DNA of 64,000 bases from an uncultured Rickettsiales bacterium (lineage in GTDB: Bacteria > Myxococcota_A > UBA796 > UBA9615 > CAYRNR01): assembly GCA_964639985.1 (NCBI GenBank), contig CAZXHG010000012.1, positions 1,254 to 65,253 on the forward strand, read 5' to 3'. The notes under the pieces are model-generated. The model was not told the DNA's origin. It saw nothing but the letters and a program-made list of their open reading frames with translations, and did not search any database. Positions 46,254 through 55,640 of the stretch are shown here, piece by piece. How positions within the stretch are numbered: the first letter of the stretch is position 1; every line of letters starts with the position of its first letter. The position numbers were made by a program, and so were the translations under genes.

Positions 46254-47282
46254 TCAGCGGACAAAACGGCCCCCCTGGCCGACGTCGTCCGGCGGCGGAT
46301 CCACGCGGTGCAAGCCGCTATCGGCGGCCGCGGCCGCCAGCGTGGCCACCAGTTCGTCGGCGGCGGCAGGCAGGTCGTCGAACAGGTAGCGAGGCAGGAA
46401 CGGGATCAGCTTGAGGGTCAGGTCGGCGTCGATGGCCGCCAGTCGGGCGGCCACAGCTCGGACCTCGAACACGTCGATGTAGCCGGGGACGACCAGGAGT
46501 GAAGGGCGGATCAACTCGACCCGCTCCGCGGGACCGAATTCCGCCCGAAGCCGCTCGATGTTGCGCCACACGCGAGTGTTACCTGTACCGGTGAGGGCAA
46601 GATGGACGGGTTCGGTGCCAGCCTTGAGACCGATGTTGAAGCCACCGCCCGAGTCGTGGACCAGGTGGGCGAATGGCAGCAGGAGATCCCCCGGCGCCGT
46701 CAGGTTGGTCTCGGCGCAGATACGCATCACCCGGTCGGCGTAGCGTTCCCGAACGAGCACGGCGATGCGTGTCACGGCCGCCAGCTGGACATCTGGTGTG
46801 CCCCCACAGAAGCAGACGCACGTCGTACGGTCGTCGATCCAGTCGAGGATCTCGTCGTCGGTGAATCGGGGCTTGGCCGTCTCGGCCATCGTCTTGTGGA
46901 TCCAGTCCTGGCAGAACAGACAGTCGAAGTTGCATCCCGCGGTGAACACCGCGAGGTTACGGCAGCCTGCCTCGACACCGGGACTGACCGCGAAATCAGG
47001 GTACCCGCAACCTGTGGTTCCGGGACACTGCCACGAGGCGATGCAGTTCGCCGGGTGATCGTCGTAGAACCCCATGGCGACCAGCATGTCGTCTTCCGGC
47101 ACAGGTCGTACCGGATCCGGCATGTCGCCAGATTGCCTCAGAGCCTGCCTTCGAGCCTGCTCCACGAGGGGAAGGGCCTGCTTAGGGTCGGTGCGCACGC
47201 AATCGACGCAGCATCCCACCGATCGAGCCACGATCACATCGTGACGACCGCACAGGGCACAGGGGAGAGGGGGGGCGTCCAT
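46254..47282 (-). CDS. Radical SAM enzyme (PflA-activase-like) with N-terminal Cys-rich zinc-ribbon-like motif
   Basis: Start MDAPPLPCALCGRHDVIVARSVGCCVDC. Radical SAM CX3CX2C in AVFTAGCNFDCLFCQDW. Glycine-rich VCFCGGTP. Confidence 0.7.
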   Translation of the reverse strand: MDAPPLPCALCGRHDVIVARSVGCCVDCVRTDPKQALPLVEQARRQALRQSGDMPDPVRPVPEDDMLVAMGFYDDHPANCIASWQCPGTTGCGYPDFAVSPGVEAGCRNLAVFTAGCNFDCLFCQDWIHKTMAETAKPRFTDDEILDWIDDRTTCVCFCGGTPDVQLAAVTRIAVLVRERYADRVMRICAETNLTAPGDLLLPFAHLVHDSGGGFNIGLKAGTEPVHLALTGTGNTRVWRNIERLRAEFGPAERVELIRPSLLVVPGYIDVFEVRAVAARLAAIDADLTLKLIPFLPRYLFDDLPAAADELVATLAAAAADSGLHRVDPPPDDVGQGGRFVR

Positions 47283-47286
47283 CGAT

Positions 47287-47979
47287 CTACCAGAATCCCT
47301 TCCACCACATCGCGAAGATGCTCTGCCACCAGTAGTCCAGGGCCTGGAAGTTCGGCGTGCCGGGAACGCCGGACGTTGCTTCGATGGCAGTCGCAGTTGC
47401 GGCCGTGTCGGCGCCTGCGAGCAGTCGTGTCGGGATGGCAGCGTGTCCGGGATACGGCTCGAACCGGGTGTCCTCGTCCGAATCGAGTTCGGCGCGGGTC
47501 GCCGAACCGAAGAAACGGAAGACGAGCTCGCGCATCTCGCCGTGCAGCTGCGTACGCCGGGCACGGCGCATCGCCGACCACCGCGGTATCTCAGCGCAGA
47601 TCAGATCTGCCAGCCGGCGCGCGGCGAGGTCGCGACGGCCTGGGCGGTATCGCCACTGGTCGGCGACGGAGGCGGTCGCGATGAGGCCGCCCGTCTCGCT
47701 GGCCTGTGAAGCGAGGTCCTGGACGAATTCCGGCCAGGGGCCGCATACGATCCAGGCGCCAGTGTCCGAGAGGTAGGACCGGGTGTTTGTTCCGTGGTCG
47801 AGTGTCACCCGGCCCGGTCCGTCGAGTACCTGTTCCGCAGAACACGCCGATGCCCATGCGCCGGGATCTTCGAGCAACAGGGTCGTCAGATGATGATTGG
47901 CCACCACGACGTGTCGGACGTCATCGTGGTCTATGACCTCGTAACGGCGCCCCTCAACCTTGACTAGGCGAAGCGGCAT
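47287..47979 (-). CDS. Hypothetical protein (230 aa), Trp-rich C-terminus
   Basis: ORF between two radical SAM genes, overlapping both by a few nt. No recognisable motif. Confidence 0.45.
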   Translation of the reverse strand: MPLRLVKVEGRRYEVIDHDDVRHVVVANHHLTTLLLEDPGAWASACSAEQVLDGPGRVTLDHGTNTRSYLSDTGAWIVCGPWPEFVQDLASQASETGGLIATASVADQWRYRPGRRDLAARRLADLICAEIPRWSAMRRARRTQLHGEMRELVFRFFGSATRAELDSDEDTRFEPYPGHAAIPTRLLAGADTAATATAIEATSGVPGTPNFQALDYWWQSIFAMWWKGFW

Positions 47980-49415
47980 GCATCCACCTCGGCGCCGGGG
48001 CCTCTCTCCAGCCGTTGCAGTCGGCCTAGTTCTTCCCGTGCCCTTTTTCGGAGCAAGCCCACGTCCAGATTCGGTCCGTCACCCGTCTGGCTGGTGAACA
48101 GGTTGGCTCTTCCGGTAGTGCTCACCCATCGCTTCGAGAGGATCGATCCAGTGTAGGCCTCGAAGAAGAGCTTCTCCACGTCAGACGGATCGATGCCTGG
48201 ATAGCGAACTACCGACCGCACACCGCTGTACAGCCGGAGGTCGGTGGAGGCCAGGCGGTCCTCGGCCAGGAGAGCCTGGAAGAGCGGCGTTCCGGGAACC
48301 GGGATGAGCAGCGTGAACACGTTGACGCAACCGCGATCCGTGAATTTTTCGGTAGCCCTCAGGCGGCGGTCGAGGCTGGTAGCATCGTCATCGGGCTCGC
48401 CGAGCAGGAACGATGTGGTGGGGAGCATGTCTGCCGCGACGAGCCGGTCCACAGCTCTGAGTGCGGTATCTGCGGCGAGTCCCTTGCTGTACCTGGCCAG
48501 GTTGGACTCCTCCAGCGACTCCACCCCGATCCACATCATCCGGCACCCAGCCTCGTGCAGGAGGGGGAGTAGATCCGCGTGTTGGACCACCCAGGCCGCA
48601 TGCCCGAAACACCACCAGCGGATCTCAAGCGACCGGTCGATCAGACCGCGGCAGATCGCCTCGACGCGGTCGGCACGGACGGTGAACGTGTCGTCCCAGA
48701 TAGACCAGTCGTGGATACCGTGCGTGACCACGCCGTGTTCGACTTCATCCAGCACGGCATCGATCGGTCGGGAGACATACCGTCCCTTGAAGTGTGCCGG
48801 TGTCGCGCAGAACACGCAGCGATGTGGGCAGCCTGTCGCGGTCAGGATGGGGAGGACCGGGAAGACCTCGCTTCCGGGGTCGTCGAGATAGAGGGAACGG
48901 GCGATGCCATAGCTCTCGATCCCTGGAACCAGGCAGGAGAGGCCATCCGCGCGTCGAAATCGAGGGCCATTCACGGGGCTGGGGGCCAGGTGGGAATCCA
49001 TGGCGGCTTCATCTGGAACCAGCCCATCCACGCTCCGGGCATCCTCTGCCGCCAGATCGGGAAAGCGGCGCGGCATGTATCCACCGAGCAGGATCTTCAC
49101 CGTGGGCAGCACCTCTCGTATACCGTGGGACAACTCGAGGTCGTAGGGATATGCTGCGGCGCCCATGAACACGTGTAGGTGGAGTTCCGGGAACGCTCCG
49201 ACGAGCACCAGGTCCGGATCAAGATCCGCCACGCGACTCGCGAGTGTCGGTGCGTCCTCGCGGAGCATCTGCCCGTCGAGGACCGTGACGTCGTGACCAC
49301 GATCCGTCAGCTTGGCGGCAACGCGGCAGGCGCCGTACGGCGGGCTGCTCATCCCCTGCGCGTAGTAGAACCACGAGAGGGCGCGGTTCCAGGCGTTGAC
49401 GAAGACGATCCTCAA
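47964..49415 (-). CDS. B12-binding-domain radical SAM protein (class B)
   Basis: N-terminal Rossmann-like B12-binding region (RIVFVN..., DLVLVGAF, KILLGG). Radical SAM motif LTATGCPHRCVFCATP. Confidence 0.75.
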   Translation of the reverse strand: MRIVFVNAWNRALSWFYYAQGMSSPPYGACRVAAKLTDRGHDVTVLDGQMLREDAPTLASRVADLDPDLVLVGAFPELHLHVFMGAAAYPYDLELSHGIREVLPTVKILLGGYMPRRFPDLAAEDARSVDGLVPDEAAMDSHLAPSPVNGPRFRRADGLSCLVPGIESYGIARSLYLDDPGSEVFPVLPILTATGCPHRCVFCATPAHFKGRYVSRPIDAVLDEVEHGVVTHGIHDWSIWDDTFTVRADRVEAICRGLIDRSLEIRWWCFGHAAWVVQHADLLPLLHEAGCRMMWIGVESLEESNLARYSKGLAADTALRAVDRLVAADMLPTTSFLLGEPDDDATSLDRRLRATEKFTDRGCVNVFTLLIPVPGTPLFQALLAEDRLASTDLRLYSGVRSVVRYPGIDPSDVEKLFFEAYTGSILSKRWVSTTGRANLFTSQTGDGPNLDVGLLRKRAREELGRLQRLERGPGAEVDACRFA

Positions 49416-50326
49416 CGACCATCCCCCTCGGGACCAGGAACAGCTGCCAGCCAGGACCGACTGAAGGCCAGCGTCTCGTCGCGACGGGGGTAGAGACGGC
49501 GGAAGTCGGCCCCCCGCGCGACGACGGCCTCCCGGGCGATGTGTCCGGGAAGCAGGGACCGGATCTCCCGTTTGATCCTCTCCTCGTCGAACGGTCGACA
49601 GGAGAAGAGATCGAGGTAGGCTTCGTCGCGTTCGGGATAGGCGTGCAACGTGATGTGGCTCTCGGCGATCATCGTCATCGCACTGAGCACCGGTCCGTGG
49701 GATGCTGTCTGGTTTCGCACCAGGTACGGGCGCATGATCGGCGTCATGCCCACGGCAGAGGGCAGCCGGTCGAACAGGTCGAAGAGCCGGTCCATGTCGT
49801 CGGGGCCATCGTACTCCTCGATATCCAGGAACAGGTGGGGTCCGAAATCGCTCGCGGGTTGGTGCGGTCGTTCGCTAGGGCTGTTCTGGGTCCGATCGAG
49901 CACGCCAAATTTCACATGTCGGCACGGGAACGCGTCCTGTAGGGCTGAGGCCACCTCCTCCTCGTCGTAGGGATCGGCGCTCACGAGGTCGAAGAAGAAT
50001 TCCTCGCGAAAGGGGAAGGTGTGCAACGTGATGTGCCCTCCGGCCAGGAACAAGAACGAGGAGATGCCTGCGTCCTCCGGCACGACCCCGTTGTAATAGG
50101 GGAGTATGAACGGCGGCATGGCCGGCCGTAGCCCCAATTCGGGGGGGACCTCTTCGAGGAATTCGTACACCAGATGGATGTCGTCGAAACGGGATCGGTA
50201 CCCCTGGATGCCGTCGTAGTGGAGGTGCTTCAAGTCGGTCTCCAGGCTGGGCGTGATCCGGCTGGATGCTGGGCGGCGGTAGGGCCTCGGTTGCCCGGGG
50301 GGTGGTGTCTGGTGAAGCCTGCCCAC
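49412..50326 (-). CDS. Tandem-duplicated S-adenosylmethionine decarboxylase-like (pyruvoyl-dependent) protein
   Basis: Two AdoMetDC(SpeH)-like halves. Half 1 has LFLAGGHITLHTFPF and lacks the processing Ser. Half 2 has MIAESHITLHAYPE, the canonical ES-H self-cleavage/pyruvoyl site. Confidence 0.6.
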   Translation of the reverse strand: MGRLHQTPPPGQPRPYRRPASSRITPSLETDLKHLHYDGIQGYRSRFDDIHLVYEFLEEVPPELGLRPAMPPFILPYYNGVVPEDAGISSFLFLAGGHITLHTFPFREEFFFDLVSADPYDEEEVASALQDAFPCRHVKFGVLDRTQNSPSERPHQPASDFGPHLFLDIEEYDGPDDMDRLFDLFDRLPSAVGMTPIMRPYLVRNQTASHGPVLSAMTMIAESHITLHAYPERDEAYLDLFSCRPFDEERIKREIRSLLPGHIAREAVVARGADFRRLYPRRDETLAFSRSWLAAVPGPEGDGR

Positions 50327-50404
50327 GGCTGGTTCATCGCAGCTTCGCCTTGGTCGGCATTCGCCAGGATGATCGGTGAGGCCATGTCGCGTCTGGCACC
50401 GGGA

Positions 50405-50550
50405 TCAGTCGTCGTACCACAGCGGTATCGAATCGGCCCTCAGGTCGTGCTTGGTGAACCCTGCCAGTTTGGCGTGATCGAAGTGCCAGCGCCGATCAGC
50501 CCTCCGCGCTAGGTCCAGGTGCAGGTAGCCAGCGTCAACGAAGATCATCC
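50405..50550 (-). CDS. Candidate small peptide (47 aa), possible leader/precursor of the radical-SAM cluster
   Basis: ATG preceded by AGGAGGAGG. Peptide MIFVDAGYLHLDLARRADRRWHFDHAKLAGFTKHDLRADSIPLWYDD. The ORF also opens further upstream at GTG 50641. GC3 bias weaker than in neighbours. Confidence 0.25.
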
Positions 50551-50637
50551 TCCTCCTCATACACGATCTCCCAGCGAAGCCCTCGGCGGGTCCGCCACTG
50601 TTGCGAGCTGCAGTATAGACAAGGTCCGGGGAGAGGT

Positions 50638-50907
50638 TCACCCCTCCTGGCTACGGTCAGGAGGAGAGGAGCCTGGAGTACCGCCCAGCCACTCCACAAC
50701 CACCAACCCCAACGGCCCCGCCATCGTCCACACCCCATCCGTGACCATGTCCCACACCTGGTAGCCCAGCCCGAAGTCCTTCCCCACGGCCCAGAAGTCC
50801 CACCAGTCGCGGGCCTCGCTCACGGACTGGATCAGCATCGCCGCCCCGAGCGCCCACAAACAGGTATGGGCGTGCCTCCATGCGACAGCGCGCACCAGCA
50901 GGTACAC
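50638..50907 (-). CDS. Small Trp-rich hypothetical protein (89 aa)
   Basis: Strong GC3 bias. One hydrophobic segment. Its stop overlaps GTG 50641 of the next ORF (GTGA). Confidence 0.3.
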   Translation of the reverse strand: MYLLVRAVAWRHAHTCLWALGAAMLIQSVSEARDWWDFWAVGKDFGLGYQVWDMVTDGVWTMAGPLGLVVVEWLGGTPGSSPPDRSQEG

Positions 50908-50998
50908 CGCCAGTCCGATGATCGCGTGCAGCAGCGGGTCGTCGAGTCCGGTTCTGCTGACCAGCTCCTTGACGTCGGTGATCAGCGCGCCCCCCCCC

Positions 50999-51739
50999 TC
51001 ACCGCACGATCTCGTGTCCCAGGATGGCCACGGTGTCCACGCGCAGGCGCAGGCGCATGTTCTTCTTCTGATCGGTCTCGAACAGCAGGTCGGGGCAGGC
51101 GGACAGGCGCTGGCCCTCGCGCTCCAGCAGGCGGGTCCACCATTGCCGCAGGCGGCTGCGGCTGGTGTAGACGCGGCTGCCCGGGTTGGCCGTGGGGCTG
51201 GTGGGGCCGCCGTAGGCCTCGAGCACCTCGAGCTCGTCCTCCCACGACAGCCAGCCGAAGTCGCGCTGGCCGTCGTAGCACGACGCCAGGGAGCGCAGCA
51301 GGGTCCACTGCTGGCGGCGGATGGTGTTGTCCTCCACCGGGTGGGCGCCGATGGCGATGCGGACCAGGCCGGGCTCGGGCAGGCTGAGGCGGCGGATGCG
51401 GGTGCGGCGGGCGGTGGACTCCACGCCCTGCGGCTCGGGCAGGCCGCGCAGCACGAGCCGGTGGGAGCCGAGCTCGACCACGTCGTCCGGACCCACGTAC
51501 ACGGTAGCGGCCTCCAGCCAGTTGCCGTTGTACAGCGAGCCGTTGGTGGAGATGTCCTGCAGGCACCAGCCGTTGCTCCAGCGCAGCACCAGGTGCAGGT
51601 GGGACACCGTGCGGCCGTCCAGGCGGATGTCCGCGCGCGCGGACCGTCCCATCAGCAGGTAGGGATCGTCCTGTGGGACGCGCCACTCCTCCAGCTCTCC
51701 GTCGACCTCGATCTCGACCACCATGTCCATGGGCTTCAC
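50999..51739 (-). CDS. FHA domain protein
   Basis: FHA core LLMGRSARADIRLDGRTVSHLHLVLRWSNGWCLQDISTNGSLYNGNWL. Confidence 0.75.
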   Translation of the reverse strand: MKPMDMVVEIEVDGELEEWRVPQDDPYLLMGRSARADIRLDGRTVSHLHLVLRWSNGWCLQDISTNGSLYNGNWLEAATVYVGPDDVVELGSHRLVLRGLPEPQGVESTARRTRIRRLSLPEPGLVRIAIGAHPVEDNTIRRQQWTLLRSLASCYDGQRDFGWLSWEDELEVLEAYGGPTSPTANPGSRVYTSRSRLRQWWTRLLEREGQRLSACPDLLFETDQKKNMRLRLRVDTVAILGHEIVR

Positions 51740-51754
51740 CCCTCCTGTCGTTCG

Positions 51755-53857
51755 TCAGCGTCGGTCCAGCTCGCATTCGCGCGCTGACGCGGTTCGTTGC
51801 AGGCTCTTGGCCTCACCCCACGGTACGCCGCGCTGCTCGACGTACTTCAGGCAGCGGTCGCTCTCGCTGTGCTCGCAGGCGAGGAAGGACTCGGCCACGT
51901 CGTCGCACCCCAGCGCGACCATGGTCATGTAGCCGCACATCTCGGCCGTGCCGCCCACGGGCTCGTCCGGGGGCACCGGGATGGCCGGGCCGCCCAGGGC
52001 GCTGCACTCGCGGTGGCCGGAGCGGTGGATGTGGGAGACCACCCGGTCGAAGGTACGGCCGCTACCGTCCCAGTTGTCCAGCATCCAGCGGCTCCAGTGA
52101 AGCCATGCGTCCATGTCCCGGGCGGACGCGGCCGCGCGGGTGCAGTCCTCCACCAGCTCCAGTCCGTTGATGGGGGCGGAGGGCAGCGCAGGTTCGGCCG
52201 CGTCGCAGGCGTCGAGCGCTGCGCTGGCGTGGGCCAGGGCGGCGGCCGCGTTGCCGTCGATCCACTGGCGGTTGGCCTCCGAGGCCTCCATCATCACCAG
52301 CACCCACCACGCCTCCACCTGCAGCCACTCGTCGTCGGTCAGCTCGATCGCGGCCGTGGCCCTCTCCCGCGCCTCGTCGCACCAGGCGCTGCGGTCGTCT
52401 ACCCCGGACTTCAGCAGGCGGCAGGCAGCGCCTGTCAGGGTGGCACGGGCCAGCAGGGCCTCGGGGGTCTCGCCCGCCTCCAGGGCGGCGAGGGTGAGCA
52501 GGTCGCCCTCCTCGAAGCGCTCCTGGGCCCAGCGCGCGTTGGTCAGGTGCCAGCCCTGCTGCCAGATCCGCGCCAGGGTGAGCATGCCCTGGACCTCGGC
52601 CGGAGCCTGCTGGATTGCGCTGGCCTCGGTGTCCGCGATCAGGCTGGCGAGGTACGTGGCGCCGTTGTGCTCGTACACGGTCTTGTGCTCCTCCAGCCTC
52701 GCCTGCAGCGTGTCCACCTGCGCCTGCGCCTCCTGCTCGTGGCGGTGCCGGTCCTGGTCCCGGGCCGCGCCGTGGCCGGCGAGGAACGCCGCGACCACGG
52801 CTGGCGGCGCCAGCAGGACCAGGCCGACCAGCAGCCGGACGGCCCAGCGGGCCAGGCCGGTTGCGGGTTCGTGAACCGTGGATTCACGGGGTTCTTCGTG
52901 CGCGGGTGTCTCGCCGCTGTGCAGCGAGCGGTCGTCGACCGGGTCCGTGTCCGTGCCCGCGGACGGTGGTGTGCGCGGGTCAGGGACCCGGGTGGTGAGC
53001 GCCTCCACCGAGTCGTTGGCCGGATCGCCGAGGTCCGCAGCCTCGCCCGCGGCAGCCCGGAGCACCTCGGCCGTGGGTGGGCGGTCCTGCGGCTTCTCCC
53101 GCAGGCAGGCCCGCATGATGCGATCCCAGGGGGACTGCAGCGGAGGCGGGAAGCCGGGATCGCCCGGGGGCTTCTCGCCCATCAGCAGCGCGACCATGCA
53201 GCCGAACGAGAACAGGTCCGAGGCCAGGTAGGCCATGGACTTGAAGTTCTGCTCGGGTGCGCCGTATCGGCGGGTGAGCAGGAAGATGGGCGACGGCTGG
53301 CCCGCGTGGCCGACCTGGCGCATGGTGTCGAAGTCGATCAGGTGCACGCCGTGGGCGGTCACGATCACGTTCTCGGGCTTGACGTCGCCGTGCAGGGCGT
53401 TGAGCGCGTGTAGCCGGTCGAGCACGGCCGCGAGCTGGCGCAGGATCTCGCCCCGCTGGTCGCGAGCCATGCCCATCCACACGCGGTGCAGGCTCTGGCC
53501 CTCGACCCAGGCCAGGGTGACGTAGGGCAGACCGGTGCCATCACCCAGCGGGGCCAGTCCGCCGTCCAGGATCGGGGGCAGCCCCTCGATATCGCCGATG
53601 GCGGCCCGGACGCGGTAGCCCTCGAAGATCTGGGGGAGGTCGGCCGGGAGGGACGCGGTGGCCCTGGACTCGCCGCGGGCTGCACTGCGCACGAGGGGCT
53701 CGAGCTGCATGTCCAGGGGTACGTGCGTGATCCGGGTCAGGGCGTCCCCGCCCTGGAATCGGGTGCGCAGCACGTCCCGTCCCTGGTCCATGTCGCGCTT
53801 GACGATGTCCAGCAACCCGTAGCGGTCGTCGAGCTGGTAGGGCAGCAACGTCTTCAT
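51755..53857 (-). CDS. Ser/Thr protein kinase (non-RD), single TM, large C-terminal extracytoplasmic helical domain
   Basis: Catalytic loop HGDVKPENVIV. IDFD. YGAPEQ. TM LLVGLVLLAPPAVVAAFLA. Confidence 0.8.
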   Translation of the reverse strand: MKTLLPYQLDDRYGLLDIVKRDMDQGRDVLRTRFQGGDALTRITHVPLDMQLEPLVRSAARGESRATASLPADLPQIFEGYRVRAAIGDIEGLPPILDGGLAPLGDGTGLPYVTLAWVEGQSLHRVWMGMARDQRGEILRQLAAVLDRLHALNALHGDVKPENVIVTAHGVHLIDFDTMRQVGHAGQPSPIFLLTRRYGAPEQNFKSMAYLASDLFSFGCMVALLMGEKPPGDPGFPPPLQSPWDRIMRACLREKPQDRPPTAEVLRAAAGEAADLGDPANDSVEALTTRVPDPRTPPSAGTDTDPVDDRSLHSGETPAHEEPRESTVHEPATGLARWAVRLLVGLVLLAPPAVVAAFLAGHGAARDQDRHRHEQEAQAQVDTLQARLEEHKTVYEHNGATYLASLIADTEASAIQQAPAEVQGMLTLARIWQQGWHLTNARWAQERFEEGDLLTLAALEAGETPEALLARATLTGAACRLLKSGVDDRSAWCDEARERATAAIELTDDEWLQVEAWWVLVMMEASEANRQWIDGNAAAALAHASAALDACDAAEPALPSAPINGLELVEDCTRAAASARDMDAWLHWSRWMLDNWDGSGRTFDRVVSHIHRSGHRECSALGGPAIPVPPDEPVGGTAEMCGYMTMVALGCDDVAESFLACEHSESDRCLKYVEQRGVPWGEAKSLQRTASARECELDRR

Positions 53858-53870
53858 CGGAGACCCTCCC

Positions 53871-55640
53871 TCACTGCAGGTACCCCAGGTCGTGAGCCGC
53901 CTCGATGATGCGAATGGCGGCCGGGCCTGCCGCCTCTGCGCCCCCGCCGCCCCGTGGAACGACCACCGCGATGGCCAGCCGACCGGGGGCGTGGGCGCCG
54001 CAGGCCTCGGCGTCGGCGGGTTCGGCCAGGGCCACGAACCACGAGTGGGGACGAAGACCGGTGGCGCCGGGCTCGTACCCGAAGACCTGTTCGTCGACCA
54101 TGCCCGCGGCGTCGGCGGTGCCGGTCTTGCCGTAGATGCGTACCCCGTCCACGCGGTCGAGCCGGTGGGCGGTGCCGTGTGTCATGGCCCGGCTCATGCC
54201 CGCCAGTACGGCCTGCAGCCCGGGCTCGTGGTCCGTGACCAGGGTCTCCTCGCAGGCGGCGTCGAGCGCGAGGTCCGGCGGGCAGCGCCGATACACACCA
54301 CCGCTGCCGATCGTGGCCACGAGGCGGGCAGCCTGCGACACGTTCAGCGCGGCCGCGCCCTGGCCGAAGGCCGTGGACGCCAGCTGCCTGGAGCCGGCGG
54401 GGCCGGGCTCGAACGTGGTATCCCAGCCCATGTCCACGCCGTCGGCGACCAGCGACTGGAAGGAGGCGGGGCCCAGGTCCAGGCCGAGCTGCCCGAAGTA
54501 CACGTTGCAGCTGTCCTCGAGCGCGCCCACCAGCTCCAGGTCCGCGCCGTGGTTGGCGTCGAGGTGGTGGTCGTGAACCGGCCGCGGCCAGCCCGGTGTG
54601 GTGAAGTAGGGGCCGTCCGCGTCCCTCAGCGTGCACGGGAAGACCCAGCCGGTGCGCACGGCGCAGCCCTGGCCGTGCACGGGGATGCCGTTGCGGACCG
54701 CGGCCAGCGCGGTGAACAGCTTGGCGGCCGAGCCCGCCTGGAAGAACCCCCGCACGCCGGTCTTGTCGGGCCAGGGGCCGTAGATGCCCACGAAGCGCGG
54801 CTCGCCGGCCTCCAGCCGGTCGATCCACGTGCCGCTGGACAGGTCCACGTCCGGGACCTGGACCCGGGCCAGGATCCGGCCGGTGTGAACGTCGAGCACC
54901 ACGGCCGCGGCCGCCTCGCCCTGCTCGGCGGCCTCGTCGAGGATCGCGGCGATCCGGGCCACCAGCCGGGCGTCCAGGGACAGCCGCACCGAGCGCGACG
55001 CCTTGTCCTGGACCACCGCGTCGATCGCGGCCTCGCGATCGACGGGGCGCAGGTGCAGCAGGGGCACGAACGCGGTCAGGTCGGCGGCTGCGTGGGCCAC
55101 CGGCCGCACGGCCGCGCCGTCGGCCAGGGCCTCGGCGCGCTCGCGGCCGTCGTCGGGTTCGGTGCCCTGCTCGACCGCGAGCACCAGGCGCTCGCGGCCG
55201 TCGGGCCCGCGGGTCTTCCACGCGATCACGGGCCGTGCCCGGTCCGGGTACCCGCGCAGGACCGTCTCGTACTGCCGTTCGAGCATCCACGGCTGCCGCA
55301 GGGTGAGGTCGCCGTCCGGGGGTCCCAGCAGGGTACCGATGTCGTCGCCCAGCGGCCAGGTCCTGCTGCCGTCCGGCGCGGTCCCCGCGAGGACCTCGTC
55401 GTTGCGGTCCAGGATCTCGCCGCGCAGCAACTGGCCGCTGATCGCCTCCAGCCGGGGATCGTTGTCCAGGCGCACGGTGCCGTCGCGCAGGGTGGTGACC
55501 ACGGCCCGCGCCGAGGTGGCCGGTCCGTTCATGACCCCGAGCCACGCCAGCCAGCCCCCGGCCGCCGCCAGGGTGAGCACGCTGGCGACGAGCAGCACCG
55601 ACAGGGTGGCTCGCAGCTCGCGCAGCTCGCGGGTGACCAC
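53871..55640 (-). CDS. Class B penicillin-binding protein (transpeptidase); in frame with the upstream RodA-like gene, boundary approximate
   Basis: TM LSVLLVASVLTLAAAGGWLAWL. SxxK in GSAAKLFTA. SxN in DSCNVYF. KTG in IYGKTGTAD. Confidence 0.7.
   Translation of the reverse strand: MVTRELRELRATLSVLLVASVLTLAAAGGWLAWLGVMNGPATSARAVVTTLRDGTVRLDNDPRLEAISGQLLRGEILDRNDEVLAGTAPDGSRTWPLGDDIGTLLGPPDGDLTLRQPWMLERQYETVLRGYPDRARPVIAWKTRGPDGRERLVLAVEQGTEPDDGRERAEALADGAAVRPVAHAAADLTAFVPLLHLRPVDREAAIDAVVQDKASRSVRLSLDARLVARIAAILDEAAEQGEAAAAVVLDVHTGRILARVQVPDVDLSSGTWIDRLEAGEPRFVGIYGPWPDKTGVRGFFQAGSAAKLFTALAAVRNGIPVHGQGCAVRTGWVFPCTLRDADGPYFTTPGWPRPVHDHHLDANHGADLELVGALEDSCNVYFGQLGLDLGPASFQSLVADGVDMGWDTTFEPGPAGSRQLASTAFGQGAAALNVSQAARLVATIGSGGVYRRCPPDLALDAACEETLVTDHEPGLQAVLAGMSRAMTHGTAHRLDRVDGVRIYGKTGTADAAGMVDEQVFGYEPGATGLRPHSWFVALAEPADAEACGAHAPGRLAIAVVVPRGGGGAEAAGPAAIRIIEAAHDLGYLQ

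Noticed and set aside
50591-50612. GCCACTG (B12-box-like heptamer) in the leader of the B12-radical-SAM cluster
   Set aside because: It lies on the + strand, whereas the cluster is transcribed on the - strand. No plausible downstream + strand gene, so probably chance.
50918-51787. + strand ORFs 50866-51387 and 50918-51787 across the FHA gene region
   Set aside because: Low-complexity A/G/R-rich products. The - strand frame has a canonical FHA core.
53854-55545. 563-aa - strand ORF overlapping the PBP gene in another frame
   Set aside because: Extreme R/G/P composition. The co-located frame encodes SxxK, SxN and KTG transpeptidase motifs.
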